From Leucoraja ocellata (Eukaryota): 64,000 bases of DNA. The DNA lies in NCBI GenBank assembly GCA_036785375.1, contig JAWMAR010000035.1:6138001-6202000 (forward strand). The letters run 5' to 3'. The notes below the pieces were generated by a model that made no database searches, was not told the origin of the DNA, and saw nothing but the letters and a program-made list of their open reading frames with translations. Position numbers and translations under genes: made by a program. Below are positions 1 through 12,620 of the stretch, one piece after another. How positions within the stretch are numbered: position 1 is the stretch's first letter; each line of letters starts with the position of its first letter.

Positions 1-2318
1 CTTAACACCATTCAGATAATCTGCCTTCCTGTTTTTGCTACCAAAGTGGATAACCTCACATTTAACCACATTAAATTGCATCTGCCATGCATCTGCCCAT
101 TCACCCAACTTGTTCAAGTCACCCTGCATTCTCATAGCACCTCCTCACAGTTCACACTGCCACCCAGCTTTGTGTCATCTGCAAATTTGCTAATGTTACT
201 TTGAATCCCTTCATCTAAATCCTTGATGTATATTGTAAATAGCTGCGGTCCCAGCACCGAGCCTTGCGGTACCCCACTAGTCACTACCTGCCATGCTAAA
301 AGGGACTCGCTAATCCCTACTCTTTGTTTCCTGTCTGTCAACCAATTTTCTATCCATGTCAGCACTCTACCCCCAACACCATGAGCCCTAATTTTGTCCA
401 CTAATCTACTATGTGGGACCTTATCAAATGCTTTCTGAAAGTCCAGGTACACTACATCCACTGGCTCTTCCTTGTCCATTTTCCTAGTTACATCCTCAAA
501 AAATTCCAGAAGGTCCGAGTCAGCATGATTTCCCCTTCGTAAATCCATGCTGACTCGGATCCATGCTGACTCGGACCGATCCTGTTACTGTGCCGCTATT
601 TCATCTTTTATGATTGACACCAGCATCTTCCCCACCACCGATGTTGGGCTAACTGGTCTATAATTCCCTGTTTTCTCTCTCCCGCCTTTCTTAAAAAGTG
701 GGATAACATTAGCTACCCTCCAATCCACAGGAACTGATCCTGAATCTATAGAAAATTGGAAAATGATCACCAATGCGTCCACGATTTCTAGAGCCACTTT
801 CTTAAGTACCCTGGGATGCAGACCATCAGGCCCTGAGGATTTATCAGCCTTCAGTCCCATCCATTTCCTGCCTAATGTGGATTTCCTTCAGTTCCTCCGT
901 CACCCCAGATCCTCTGCCACTAGTACATCGGGAAGATTGTTTATGTCCTCCTTAGTGAAGACAGATCCAAAGTACCTGTGCATCTGCCATTTCGTTATCC
1001 CTCATAATAAATTCACCTTTTTCAGTCTTCAAGGGTCCAACTTTGGTCTTAACTATTTTTTACCTCTTCACATACCTAAAGAAGCTTTTACTATCCTCCT
1101 TTATATTCTTGGCTAGCTTACCTTCGTACCTCATCTTTTCTCCCCTTATTGACTTTTTAGTTATCTTCTGTTGCTCTTTAAACATTACCCAATCCTCTTG
1201 CTTCCAGCTCATCTTTGCTACGTTGTACTACTTCTCTTTTATTTTTATACTGTCCCAGACGTCCCTTGTCAGCCATGGTCGTCCCTTACTCCCCTTGGAA
1301 TCTTTCTTCCACTTTGGAATGAACTGATCCTGCACCTTCTGTATTATTCCCAGAAATACCTGCCATTGTTGTTCCACCGTCACCCTGCTGGGGTAACTTT
1401 CCAGTCAACGTTGGTCAGCTCCTCCCTCATGGCTCCATAGTCCCCTTTGATCAACTGTAACACTGACAACTCCGATTTACCCTTCTCCCTCTCAAATTGT
1501 AGATTAAAACTTGCCATATTATGGTCACTACCTCCTAATGGCTCCTTAACCTCAAAGTTCCCTTTATCAAATCACAACATTAAATCCAGAATTGCCTTCT
1601 CCTTGGTAGGCTCCAATACAAGCTGTACTAAGAATCCATCACGGAGGCCCTCGCAAAACTCCCTTTCTTGGGGTCCAGTACCAACCTGATTTTCCCAGTC
1701 TACCGCCCATAACAACAGTAGCATTACCTTTACAACATGCCAATTTTAACTCTTGACTCAACTTGTACCCCATATCCAGTCTACTGTTTGGGGGCCTGTA
1801 GATGTCCCATTAGGGTGTTTTTACCCCTACAATTCCTTAGTTCTTTCCATACTGATTCCACATCTCCAGTTTCAATGTCACCCCTTGCAAGGAACTAAAT
1901 TTAATTCCTCACCAACAGAGCTACCCCACCCCCTCTGCCCACCTGTCTGTCTTTTCGATAGGAGGTACACCCTTGATTATTCAGTTCCCAGCCCTGGCCC
2001 TCTTGCAACCATATCTCTGTAATTCCCACAACATCATACTTGCTAATTTCTAACTGAGCCTCAAAAGCTCGTCCTCTTTATTTCTTATACTTCGCTCATT
2101 CATATACAACATTTTGACTTTGGTATTCACCTCCCCTCTCAAAATTGGCCCTGACCTTACTCTCTTATCCCTTCTCAAACTTTCCTTCCCATTAATACAG
2201 GAGTCTATTGTAACTTTTTCTGTACTCGCTTCCCCTTTAACTCCATCTTTATACTCCCAATTTGTCAATCCCTCCCCCCAACTAGTTTAAACCCACACGT
2301 GTAGCCCTAGCAAGCCTA
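1..2318 (-). mobile_element. CR1 LINE, 5'-truncated and degenerate; runs off the window start
   Basis: ORF fragments with RT motifs ([45 protein letters not shown]). The ORF1 end RLARATRVGLN* lies at ~2282-2318. Many stops, frameshifts and internal deletions. Confidence 0.93.
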
Positions 2319-2699
2319 CACATATACTACACATCAGCTAGGACATTTCTACACAAACATCAACACTGAAGGATTTTCCCCTTTTAAAATTCTTTCTGCG
2401 GTTCTGACCGCATTGAAGTACTCGTATAACATTTGCAGATAAGTCGACTTGAATGTTAAATAAAGCCACTTAAGATGTACATTAAATTTAGCATCAAGGA
2501 TTATTAAATTGAATGGTCAGTTTGATGGCTCTGCTCCCACATTGGAGACAAGCACAGTTATATTGGAAACAAGTAATAATGTTGTGTAAAGCATTATATC
2601 GGGAAAGGATTAGTCATTGTACTGTAGTTGAACAAATAGGATGCTTACATTGCAGATTGGGTAACTGAAAAGCAGTTTCCATTTTTCAATCATACCTAA

Positions 2700-3184
2700 A
2701 GGGCCTGCCCCACGGGCGACCTAATCCGCGAGTTCTGGCGAGTTTGCCCTCGACTCATACTCGCAGCATGGTCGACACAAGGTCGTAGGTCTTCGTAACT
2801 CTCCTTCATGCTCGAGAGTAGTCTCCGCGTACTCGAGGCCTCAGCTGAGTCGCGGCGTTCTTTTCAATATGTTAAATAATGCCCGTGAGTAAAAAAAAGG
2901 TCGCCATGGAAAAAAAAAAATCGATACTTTTTTTACTCGTAGGTTTAGTCGTAGTAGGTCGGCGTGTTAGTCGTAGGTAATCGAGGGTAGTCGAAGGTAG
3001 TCGTAGTCTTCATCACAGTCGAAAGGAGATCATCTTCACTCTCCACTATTCGGTGTCCAATTTTCTCCAAAGTTAGTCGTAGCTAGTCGATGCTAGACTT
3101 CAACATAGTCGAAGGAGGTCTTCAACATGTTATTTTTTCAAACTCTAAACTCGCCAATTAGGTCGCCCAAGTGGGACAGCCCCT
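2700..3184. mobile_element. Non-autonomous PIF/Harbinger-type MITE
   Basis: Imperfect ~35-bp TIRs (AGGGCCTGCCCCAC-GGGCGACCTAA... / ...TTAGGTCGCCCAAGTGGGACAGCCCCT). TAA on both sides (2697-2699, 3185-3187). Internal AGTCGTAG/AGTCGAAG micro-repeats. Confidence 0.8.
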
Positions 3185-3209
3185 TAACTGTATGAATATT
3201 GGATTCTCC

Positions 3210-3482
3210 AATTTCAAGTAATGCCCTCTTAACCCCCTCCTCGTGCCCACTCTCCCCATCCCAGCGTGCTTCCATTTCTACCACCAGCTCCCACACCTCC
3301 AGTGACACTGCTCCTTTCCCTTCTTTTATTCACTAATCTTCCCTCATATCCACCCTCTCTCCCCTCCCATATTTCTCCATCTAGCTTTACATTTTTCTCC
3401 ACAGATGCAGCCTGACCTGCTGAGTTCCTCCAGCACTTTGTGTTCTACTCAAGATTCCAGGGTCTGCAGTTCCTTGTGTTTT
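3210..3482 (+). mobile_element. Penelope-like element 3' remnant
   Basis: Pyrimidine-rich tract then CTCCACAGATGCAGCCTGACCTGCTGAGTTCCTCCAGC...CTGCAGTTCCTTG, the tail that follows the GIY-YIG ORF at 30311-30765. Confidence 0.6.
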
Positions 3483-3689
3483 CATACCTCAGTGATGGCT
3501 AGATTGCAACGTAATTCTCTGATTGGTTCCAATTGACTCTGCAGTGTGCCACCAACTGCTTTGATACTGCATGGAATACAATTCAGGCATGGATAGTTTC
3601 TTGAAGCGCTACCTTTGCGATGTCCATTGCAAGGCAGATTTGTGTGCTTCAATTGTCCAACACATACCTTCAAGGTCGGTAATGGAGCG

Positions 3690-5357
3690 GCAGGTGAAGG
3701 AGTGAATGCGGGGATTGGCTGAAGAAATTAAATCGCAAATTGTTGTTAGCTAATTAGTGATTGAGTCAATTTATCAGTTAATATAAGCAAGGTTTGCTCT
3801 AGGGGAGCAGCCTGTTGGGGAGCGGCCTTGTCGAGGGAAGTGCCTTGTGAGAAAAGTGCGAGTCTTTGGCTCGAGAGTCTTCGACAAGGAGGCGGCGGCG
3901 GCGAGGAGACTACTCTAAAAGTTGGAGAGGGCGAGATGCAGTGAAGAAATGACAGGCAAGCTGATGCAGTGTGATGCTTGCAGGATGTGGGGGGTCAGGG
4001 ACACTGCTGGTGCCTCTGGCTGCTACAACTGTGGAAAGTGTGTCCAGGTTCAGCTCCTGAAGGACCATGTTAGGGAACTGGACCTTCAGGAGCTGACCTC
4101 AGCATCATCCGGGAAAATGAGTTTCCTGGACAGGACCTAAAGCGAGATCATTACACAGAAATTATCGGAAGAGAGAAGGTGGGTGACAATGTGGAAGGTA
4201 AGGAAGCTTGGAGTACAGGAGACCCCGGGGGTTGTACCTCTTGAAAACAGGTACACCCTCTTGGAAGCTGTCGAGACAGAAGACACTGCCAATCTGAGCG
4301 GCGGACAGGTCTGCGAGTCAAAACATGGCGCTGAGGCAAAGACGAAGAGACAGACGTCAGGCAGAGCCGTGTTAATAGGGGACTCCATAGTGAGAGGTAG
4401 AGACAGTGGTTTTTGCAGTAACAGGAGGGATTCAAGGATGGCGTGTTGCCTCCCTGGTACCAGGGTCCAGGGCGTCACGGACAGATTACAGGGCCTCCTC
4501 AAGGGGGAAGGTGGGGCAGCTGGAAGTGGCAGTGCATGTTCGCACAAATGACATTGGGGAAAAAGAAAGAGATTCTGCAGCGTGACATTGGAGAGCTCAG
4601 AAGAAGGCTGAAAAGCAGGACCTCCAGGGTGGTTATCTCCAGTTAGCTTCCAGTTCCTCATGCTGGTGAGAGCAGGAACAGGGAGATAGGGGATCCGAAT
4701 GTGTGGCTGAGGAACTGGTGCAGGGGGCAGGGATTTAGATTCTTAGACCACTGGGATCTGTTTTGGGGTAAGGGCGAGTTGTACAATAGGGACGGGTTGC
4801 ACCGTTACAGGCGGGGGACTAGCATTCTGGCAGGCAGGTTTGCCACTGCTACACGGGTGGGTTTAAACTAAATAGTGGGGTGGCGGGGGGAGATAAATTG
4901 GAAATACAAGGATGGAGTTAAAGGCAGAGTATAGGAAAAGTTAAGAAATACACCAGAATTAACGGGACAGAAAGCTCATGAAGGGATAGAAGAACATGGG
5001 CAAGTGAAATAGGAATCGAAGTGAAAGGTGAGGTGAGTAAACAATTAAAAATATTATATATGAATGTGTGGAGTATAAGAAGTGGATGAGCTTCAGGCTC
5101 AGTTAGAGATTGGCAGATATGACATTGTGGGGATTACAGAGACATGACTACAGGAGGATCGGGGCTGGGAACTGAATATTCAGGGTTTTACGTCCTGTAG
5201 AAAAGGACAGGCAGATGGGCGGAGGAGGTGGGATAGCTCTGTTGGTGAGGGATGAAATTCAGTCCCTTGTGAGGGGTGACATAGGAACTGACGATGTAGA
5301 GTCGCTACATGGATAGAATTGAGGGATTGTAAAGGTAAGAAGACACTAATGGGAGTC
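3690..5357 (+). mobile_element. CR1 LINE 5' part: 5'UTR, ORF1 (zinc finger plus esterase) and start of ORF2 endonuclease
   Basis: CxxC...CxxC (QCDACRMW...NCGKC), LENRYTLL, VLIGDSIVRG and DGLH motifs typical of CR1 ORF1. ORF1 ends ATRVGLN*. APE motif GITET* follows. Truncated abruptly at 5357. Confidence 0.9.
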
Positions 5358-5358
5358 A

Positions 5359-5388
5359 CAGTGCCCTCCATAATGTTTGGGACAAAGA
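5359..5388 (+). mobile_element. Solitary Tc1 terminal-repeat fragment
   Basis: CAGTGCCCTCCATAATGTTTGGGACAAAGA is identical to the terminus at 6240. Confidence 0.85.
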
Positions 5389-5564
5389 ATTTTGCAGTAT
5401 TGTGTGAAAAGTGTGCCATTGCGTGAAATTATAACTGAATATTGATTTAGTAAAGGTGCAGTTTTATACAAGTATAGATGTAGAAATGCTATTATTATAT
5501 TGTTAGTTATTACAGTACTGGATAGAGACCCATTTCACTGTTTTTCCAACTATCTATACTTCAT

Positions 5565-5970
5565 GCTGCCTTGGGAAAGCAGCCAACATAATCAGACCTT
5601 TCCCAGCTCGGTTATTCCTTCCCCCTGCTCCCAGTAGCTGGAAGATACAGAAGCTTGAAAGCATGTACTGCCAGACTCAGGAACAGCTTCTTCCCCTCTG
5701 TTATTAGACTTTTCAATGGTCCTTCCATGAGCTGGGATACTGTCTAATTTATCTCTATCCTATTGCCAACATTGAACTTTGTCTCTGGAACTGTTGCACT
5801 ACAATGCTGAGAACAATATTCTGCACTCTGTATCTTTCTCTCTGCTCTACCTATTGTACTTCACTTTGGTTTGATTGTATTCATTAAGATCATTATCTGC
5901 TTTGATTGGATTGCATGCAAAACACAAGCTTGTTACTGCCTCGGATCACATGACAATAATAAGCCTAAAT
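5565..5970 (+). mobile_element. Rex1/Babar LINE 3' remnant
   Basis: Similar to 34290-34440 (AGACTCAGGAACAGCTTCTTCCCC) and ends in an ATGACAATAA tail. Confidence 0.65.
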
Positions 5971-6428
5971 TAGCCGTCATCCTGTGAAGAGATGTCATCT
6001 CCAGCAGATGTCTCCCTACTATGATGAGAAATGAGACCAAGAATTTAGCAGAGCTGGCACTGGCACTTTGTGGTGTTGCTCCAATCAGCTGCACTGATTT
6101 TTCAATTAAGAGTTTACTCAAAAGTTAGTGTTGCATTATTAATTGCGACAGGTGAAGCTGAACTCCATATCTCTCAATTTTCTTGCAGTAGTTGCATTTT
6201 ACATTGAGCATGGGATTATTACAAACTTTATGGGCTATACAGTGCCCTCCATAATGTTTGGGACAAAGACCCATCATGAATTTATTTGCTTCTGTCCTTC
6301 ACAATTTGAGATTCGTAATAGAAAAAAAATCACATGTGGTTAAAGTGCACATTGTCAGGTTTTATTAAAGGCCATTTCTATACATTTTCACCATGTAAAC
6401 CATGTAGAAATTACAGCTGTGTTTATAC

Positions 6429-8049
6429 CAGGCACCTGCCGTGAGTAATTATTCAGGGTAGGCAGTCGGCTTTAAAATAATCTCAAAAACTGCGCATGCG
6501 CAGATTGTTCTCCTCTCCGGTAGTCAAATTTTATAAAGCAATTTGTCTTCAAAAGCCTTATCTCTTAATAAATATTTAAAAACATATACTGTATTTCCCG
6601 GCAATGAAGACGCTATTTTTAACCTAAAAATAAGGCACGAAAATTTACCTGCATCTTGGAGGCCGAAGGTTAGGTTGTTAGCCAAGAAAGATAGACGGCT
6701 ATCCCTCAGTACAGCAACATCAAGAAAGATGTTGCTGCACTGATGGATAGCCAAGTCTATCCCTCAATGCTGGCAGCTGTTGAGAAGCGGCTGTAAAAGG
6801 ACAGTGCCGTTGAGGGGGGGGGGGGAGTTCCTTTCACAGCGTGTGGGGAGTCTGGCCCGGGTAGGAGCGTTGAAAAGGAGGGGGTCAGGGATCATACCAG
6901 CAACTCACTAACCGCTGCCGCTACGCTCCAGGCGCGGAGCCACTGCATTGTGGCCAGGGAGGGAAGTAGTTCAGGTGGCTGCGTGCGGCCGCCATTCCTT
7001 AAATTCCAGCTACTGCCGGGTGCAGGACATGGCCTCACTTGCTGCGCTGGGTGACACTGCATGGCATTCATGCCCGGTCCGTGTCTTTCAATGTAGACTG
7101 GACAATGAGGGGACCAGCTCAAGAGCAAAGATCATAGAGCGGAGCGGGTCAGTGGGTGATGGATAACAAGACAGCGGGTGGTGGAGCTTACTGCCGTGTC
7201 AGCGCGACTAACCTCAATTGGTCCCTTGATCGCGCTGACACAGGAGTAAGCTGGCTGCAGCAACGGTGAGCGAGTTGCTGGCATGATCCTCGACCCCCTC
7301 CTTCTCAGCGCTCCTGCCCGTGCTGACCCGGGCCAGACTCCCCCCAATTGGTCCCATGAACTAGTATTCACAACTAGAACTAGTTGTGATCTTATTGTCA
7401 TTCAATAAGATCACAACTGATTCAACTTGTCCTGGTGTGCTGCCGTTTTTCCACCTGCCGTCACCCTCCACCCCCCACCCATTCAGTATGGAGGAGATCT
7501 GGAAGCCTTGGGCAAATTGAATTGTTACTTTCTTTATTTTTATTTTTTGAGCGTGAGAAATTCTGCCCCGCCACCTTTTTTTCCAGAATTTAGCAACTCA
7601 AAATGGGGGTGCGTCTTTGACGCAGGTGCGTCTTCATTGACGGGAAATACGGTAGCTCAAAGAAATTTACCTACCACATTATTTGTACACGAACGCCATT
7701 CTTCTCTTTGTTTCTTAAGATACTCGTAAGATAATGACAATCCATGTTTGAAAAACCCGCCAAGAAACTTGCGCTGCGCATGCACAGTATGCTGCACAGC
7801 ACATGCACGTAGTCCACGGTGGAATGGCAGAATTTCAGCTGCCTTTATAGACCGTTGTCATTGAAGGCATGAAGCAGCGTCGACAGCACATGAGTTGCAC
7901 ATAGTTCCGTGTGTTACACGTACTGTGGATGAAAGATCGATCTCTTAGGTAGGCACAATTCTCCCGTGTCTTTACTATTTATATTTAATAATGACCATTT
8001 TATAATTTTAGTCAGGTTAGGCACTGCCTACCCTGACGGCACGTGCCTG
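6429..8049. mobile_element. Non-autonomous TIR element (hAT-like CAGG termini) inside the Tc1 IR
   Basis: Left CAGGCACCTGCCGT...CAGGGTAGGCAGT matches the reverse complement of right ACTGCCTACCCTGACGGCACGTGCCTG. The flanks rejoin the Tc1 IR seen intact at ~51897-51930. No 8-bp TSD is visible, so the superfamily is uncertain. Confidence 0.65.
6589..7652. mobile_element. Tc2/pogo-like MITE nested in the element above
   Basis: TA|CTGTATTTCCCGGCAATGAAGACGC ... GCGTCTTCATTGACGGGAAATACGG|TA. A second copy lies at 18424-18957. Confidence 0.85.
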
Positions 8050-8222
8050 GTCCCCCCATTTCAGGGCACCATAATGTTTGGGACACATGGCTTCACAGGT
8101 GTTTGTAATTGCTCAGGTGTTTTTAATTGCCTCCTTAATGCAGGTATAAGAGAGCTCTCAGCACCTAGTCTTTCCTCCAGCCTTTTCATCACCTTTGGAA
8201 ACTTTTATTGCTGTTTATCAAC

Positions 8223-9240
8223 ATGAGGACCAAAGTTGTGCCAATGAAAGTCAAAGTAGCCATCATGAGACTGAGAAACAAGAATAAAACTGTTAGAGAC
8301 GTCAGCCAAACCTTAGGCTTACCAAAATCAACTGTTTGGAATATCATTAAGAAGAAAGAGGGCACTGGTGAGCTTACTAATCGCAAAGGGACTGGCAGGC
8401 CAAGGAAGACCTCCACAGCTGATGACAGATGAAATCTCTCTATAATAAAGAAAAATCCCCAAACAACTGTCCGACAGATCAGAAACATTCTTCAGGAGTC
8501 AGGTGTGGATTTGTCAATGACCACTGTCCGCAGAAGACTTCATGAACAGAAATACAGAGGCTACATTGCAAGATGCAAACCTCTGGTTAGCCGCAAAAAT
8601 AGGATGGCCAGGCTACCGTTTGCCAAGTACTTAAAAGAGTAACCACAGTTCTGAGAAAAGGTCTTGTGAACAGATGAGACGAAGGTTAACTTATATCAGA
8701 ATGATGGCAAGAGTAAAGTATGGAGGAGAGAAAGCACTGTCCAAGATCCAAAGCATACCACTTCATCTGAGAAACACGGTGGTGGGGGGGGGGGGTTTGG
8801 CCTGGGGGCGTATGGCCTGGGCATGCATGTACTGGCTCAGTTATCTTCATTGATGATACAACTGCTGATGGTAGTAGCATAATGAATTCTGAAGTGTATA
8901 GACACATTCTATCTGCTCAAGTTCAAACAAATGCCTCAAAATTCACTGGCCGCGGGTTAATTCTACAGCTAGACAATAATCCCAAACATACTGTGAAAGC
9001 AACAAAGGAGTTTCTCAAAGCTAACAAATGGTAAATTCTTGAGTGGTCAAGTCAATCACCCGAACTGAACCCAACTGAGCATGCCTTTCATATGCTGAAG
9101 AGAAAACTGAAGGGGACTAGCCCCCAAAACAAAGCATAAGCTAAAGATGGCTGCAATACAGGCCTGCCAGAGCATCACAAGAGATGACACCCAGCAACTG
9201 GTGATGTCCATGACTTCAAGCAGTCATTGCATGCAAATAC
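8223..9240 (+). pseudogene. Tc1 transposase pseudogene
   Basis: HTH region (VRDVSQTLGLPKSTVWNIIK), GRPRKT, TDETK, QLDNNPKH and WSSQSPELNPTEH motifs, interrupted by stops and frameshifts. Confidence 0.92.
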
Positions 9241-9704
9241 TAAAATACTTAAATACTAAACATGACTACTTTCATTTACATTACATTGCTGTGTCCCAAA
9301 CATCCTGGAGGTCACTGTACATTGAAAAAAACTTTTGCTCTTGATCCAGGCAAATCGTGCCATACACAAGTAAACATGTTCATAAGTTATAAGAGCTGAT
9401 TTACGCCATTCAGCCCATCAAGTCAATTCTGCCATTCAATCATGGATGATCAACCCCATTCTCCTGCCTTCTCTCCATAACCCCCCGACACTTTTACTAA
9501 TCAAGCAGTAAAAAAAATGATAATGCAAATGAGAAAATAAACAGTGCATAATACAGTGATGCAACTGCAGAGAAAAGCAGGTAAAAGACAAATGTATGGG
9601 CTGCAACAACAAGGAAGAGGTTGTTCCTGAATCTGGTGATATATGTTGTCACGGTTTTGTTTCTTCTGGTGCCTATCCTTACTGATTGCCGTCTATGGTT
9701 CAAG

Positions 9705-10005
9705 GGAGACAGTGGCTCAGCTGGTAGCCACTGCCTCACAGCACCAGAGACCCAAATTCGATCACGGCCTCGGATACTGTTTGTGTGGAGTATGCACTTT
9801 TACTCTGTGACCGCGAGGGTTTCCTCCCACATCGCAGACAGGTGGGTTTATTGGTCAATGAGCCTCTATCAATTGCCACGAATATGTAGGGTGGATGAGA
9901 AAGTGGGATAACATAGAGCTAGTGTGAACCGGTGATCGATGGTCGGCATGGACTCGGTGGCCCAAAGGGCATGCTTCCATGCTCTATCTTCGAATCCAAT
10001 CAATC
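9705..10005 (+). mobile_element. HE1-like V-SINE
   Basis: tRNA-derived head (TGGCTCAGCTGG A-box, degenerate TTCGATC B-box), V-domain-like GTGGAGT..GCAC..GGGTTTCCTCCCACA, and a CR1-derived tail. Confidence 0.8.
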
Positions 10006-10651
10006 AAGTTCAAGGATCCTGTTGACGAAGGTGGTGCTGAGTCTTAGGTCCAGGAGTTTGTAGAGGCATTTGCTTGTAATTATGGTATTTAGGCAAGCAG
10101 TTCTGATGCTATGTTAGATGTCCAAGTGCTCATATTATCCTGCACATTCTTCTTGCATTCATGCCATCCCATGCAGATATTATTCTGAGCTTCAATCACT
10201 GCCCAATTACTGGAATGCAAATACAGGTTTGATGCTTTCAGCAGCAAATACATCAATCTGGCTGTTTAATCAGTGAAACCAGTTGCATTCCAGTTGTTCA
10301 ACAGTAAGGTTGCTGGGGTGTGGTGTGAAAAAGTTGATTGAAGGGGGTTTCCCAGATGTTTAAGGCATGTATCCCAAGAACTACGAATGGAATTTTTCAA
10401 TCATATTTTTGGCAACATTTGAAATCTCATCAGTTGAAAGGCACGATTCATTCATATAAAAGGCAGCTGTAGAGTTTGCTGCCTTAAAGCGCCAGAGATG
10501 AGGTTCGATCCTGACTATGGGTGCTGTCTGTATGGAGCTTGTATATTCTCAAATTACAAATTGGAACAAATATAAACATTTACGAACCTTTGATTTAATT
10601 GATCCCAATTTATAATTTCAGGAAAAGAAATATGCCACTGTTTACAGATTC

Positions 10652-11060
10652 ATGAGGGCAGGGCAGTAGACGTTGTCTACATGGACTTTAGCAAGGCCTT
10701 TGACAAGGCCCCAATGGGGTGTTAGATCACATGGGATCAGGCTGAGCTAGCCAACTGAATACAAATCTGGCTCAGTGGAAGGAGTGATAGGGTGGTAATG
10801 AAGGGATGTTATTTGGTTTAGAGGCTTGTGACCATTTGTGTCCCTCAGGGATCTCTGCTGGGTCCACTGTAGATTGTCTCCTATATTAACATTTGGATGA
10901 CAACGTTGATAATATGGTTAGCACATTCGCAGATGACAGCAAAATTCATGACAGTGGACAGTGAAGAGTGTAAACAAGCAAATTTGACTAGTTCAGATAA
11001 CCATTTTGATCACCTTGGACCAACTGGGCTGAAGGCCTCATTCCCATGCTGTAGGTCTCT
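10652..11060 (+). mobile_element. CR1 RT fragment
   Basis: AVDVVYMDFSKAFDK, VPQGSLLGP and FADD motifs. Confidence 0.8.
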
Positions 11061-12164
11061 AGAGCTACTGTAGTTATAAACAACTTCAGTCACCTCAAAT
11101 AACAAAATCTCAGTTAATAACCTCTGCAGCATGGCAATCATCACCTCTGTAAACATCTCAAAATATTCTAAAATAAAGGAGAGCATTGCATTTTGGCTTG
11201 TTGTAGGATAAAGCAAATTCTATCAAAGATTTTTATTGTTCAGGTCTGTAAAACCAGCACTATAATTAAAAAAAATATTCTATAGCAAAAAAAGTCAAAA
11301 AGCCATTTGTTTAAAGAGAAGAAACAGAAACTAAAGAATTACTCCCAATAAAAATACAAATTCCCCCAGAACAATGATGTCTAAATTGCTTACTTTTTGC
11401 ATAAAATTCAATCTCATACATCTACAGCAGTGAACTCAAGTTGATAGACAAGCAAATTATCTTGAATTATCTTCATTCCAGTAAATTGTAACAATGCAAC
11501 TAAATGCAGGGGTTGGTTTGAGAGCAAGGGCAGAATAAATGTGCAAACAATCTACCAGTAATAACACTGTTACACTTTTCTGTCAAAGTGTTCTTAATGA
11601 ATTGAGATTTTTCCCTAATTTTCCTTGTGGGAATTCTCATTTCTATTGGAATCACATGACTGCAGAGGCTGAAATCTGTGGAAGGGAAATTATCAACATT
11701 TCAGTTCGAAACCCTGCATCGGGACAGAGGGTGTTCTACCCGGTAAAAAGGGAGGGGAGTAGTTTAGTTTAGCTTATTATCGCATGTACCGCAGTATAAT
11801 GAAAAGCAGCGAGTAGCTTAGAGAGATGTACAAGGGAATGAATGTTGATGGCCAAATAGAGCCAGGTGGGGGAGGGGAAACGAGGTTGGGTTGAGAGACA
11901 GAGGGAGCTGGGCGATAGGCTGAAGCAAACAAGGCGAAAAAAGGACATGTGCATCCAGGTGAACGGAGCAGAGGGTGAAGATGTAGTGAAGCTGGAGGGA
12001 CACACACACAGTGCTGGAAACAAGGTAATAATGGTACTGATATGGGAAAGATGATGGGCAGAAGGAACCAGAAGGGAGAGGGGTACCAGTGGGTAAACTC
12101 TGCAAGTTGTAGATGGAGGCTGACGGAGAAAGCAGGGAAAAGTGATCAAAACTAAGATGAATGG

Positions 12165-12503
12165 AGGGCAGCACAGTGGTGCAGCATTAGTTGCTGCCTT
12201 ACAGAGACCTGGATTTAGAAAGAATAGGTGCAGGAGTAGACCATTCGGCCCTTTGAGTCAGCACTGCTGTTCAATATGAACATGGCTGATCATCTAAAAT
12301 CAGTACCCCGTTCCTGCTGTTTCCCATATCCTTCGACTCCTTTAGCTTCAAGAGCTAAATCTAACTCTCTTGAAAACATCTTCACTACAAGTTTGTACAT
12401 TCTCCTTGTGGGTTTCCTCTGGGTGGTCTTGTTCCCCCCCCCCCCCCACAGTCCAAAGGCGAATAGATTTGTATATTAATTGGCTTCTGTTAATTGCAAA
12501 TTG

Positions 12504-12546
<43 letters not shown>

Positions 12547-12620
12547 ATAGTGCTAGCGCACAGGCGATCATTGTGGACATGGTGGGCCGAAGGGCCTGTT
12601 TCAACGCTGTATCTCTAAAG
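12165..12620 (+). mobile_element. HE1-like V-SINE interrupted by a CR1 3' tail (~12217-12375, minus strand)
   Basis: Head GGGCAGCACAGTGGTGCAGC and tail GGGCCGAAGGGCCTGTTTC..GCTGTATCTCTAAA. The internal ATAGGTGCAGGAGTAGACCATTCGGCCC is a CR1 tail. Confidence 0.75.
12506..12544. repeat. (GT)n microsatellite
   Basis: About 19 GT units seen directly. Confidence 0.97.

Larger units (their letters stand above)
6240..9317 (+). mobile_element. Tc1-family DNA transposon (IR/DR type) with a nested insertion in its left IR
   Basis: TA|CAGTGCCCTCC ... GGAGGTCACTG|TA termini. The repeat CCATAATGTTTGGGACA recurs at ~8069. Contains a decayed transposase. Confidence 0.93.

Noticed and set aside
5933-6121. 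Minus-strand ORF with LIGATPQSASASS, loosely like PKP4 exon 3
   Set aside because: Lacks ELQFQRLTRELE and suitable splice sites. Exon 3 is probably outside the window.
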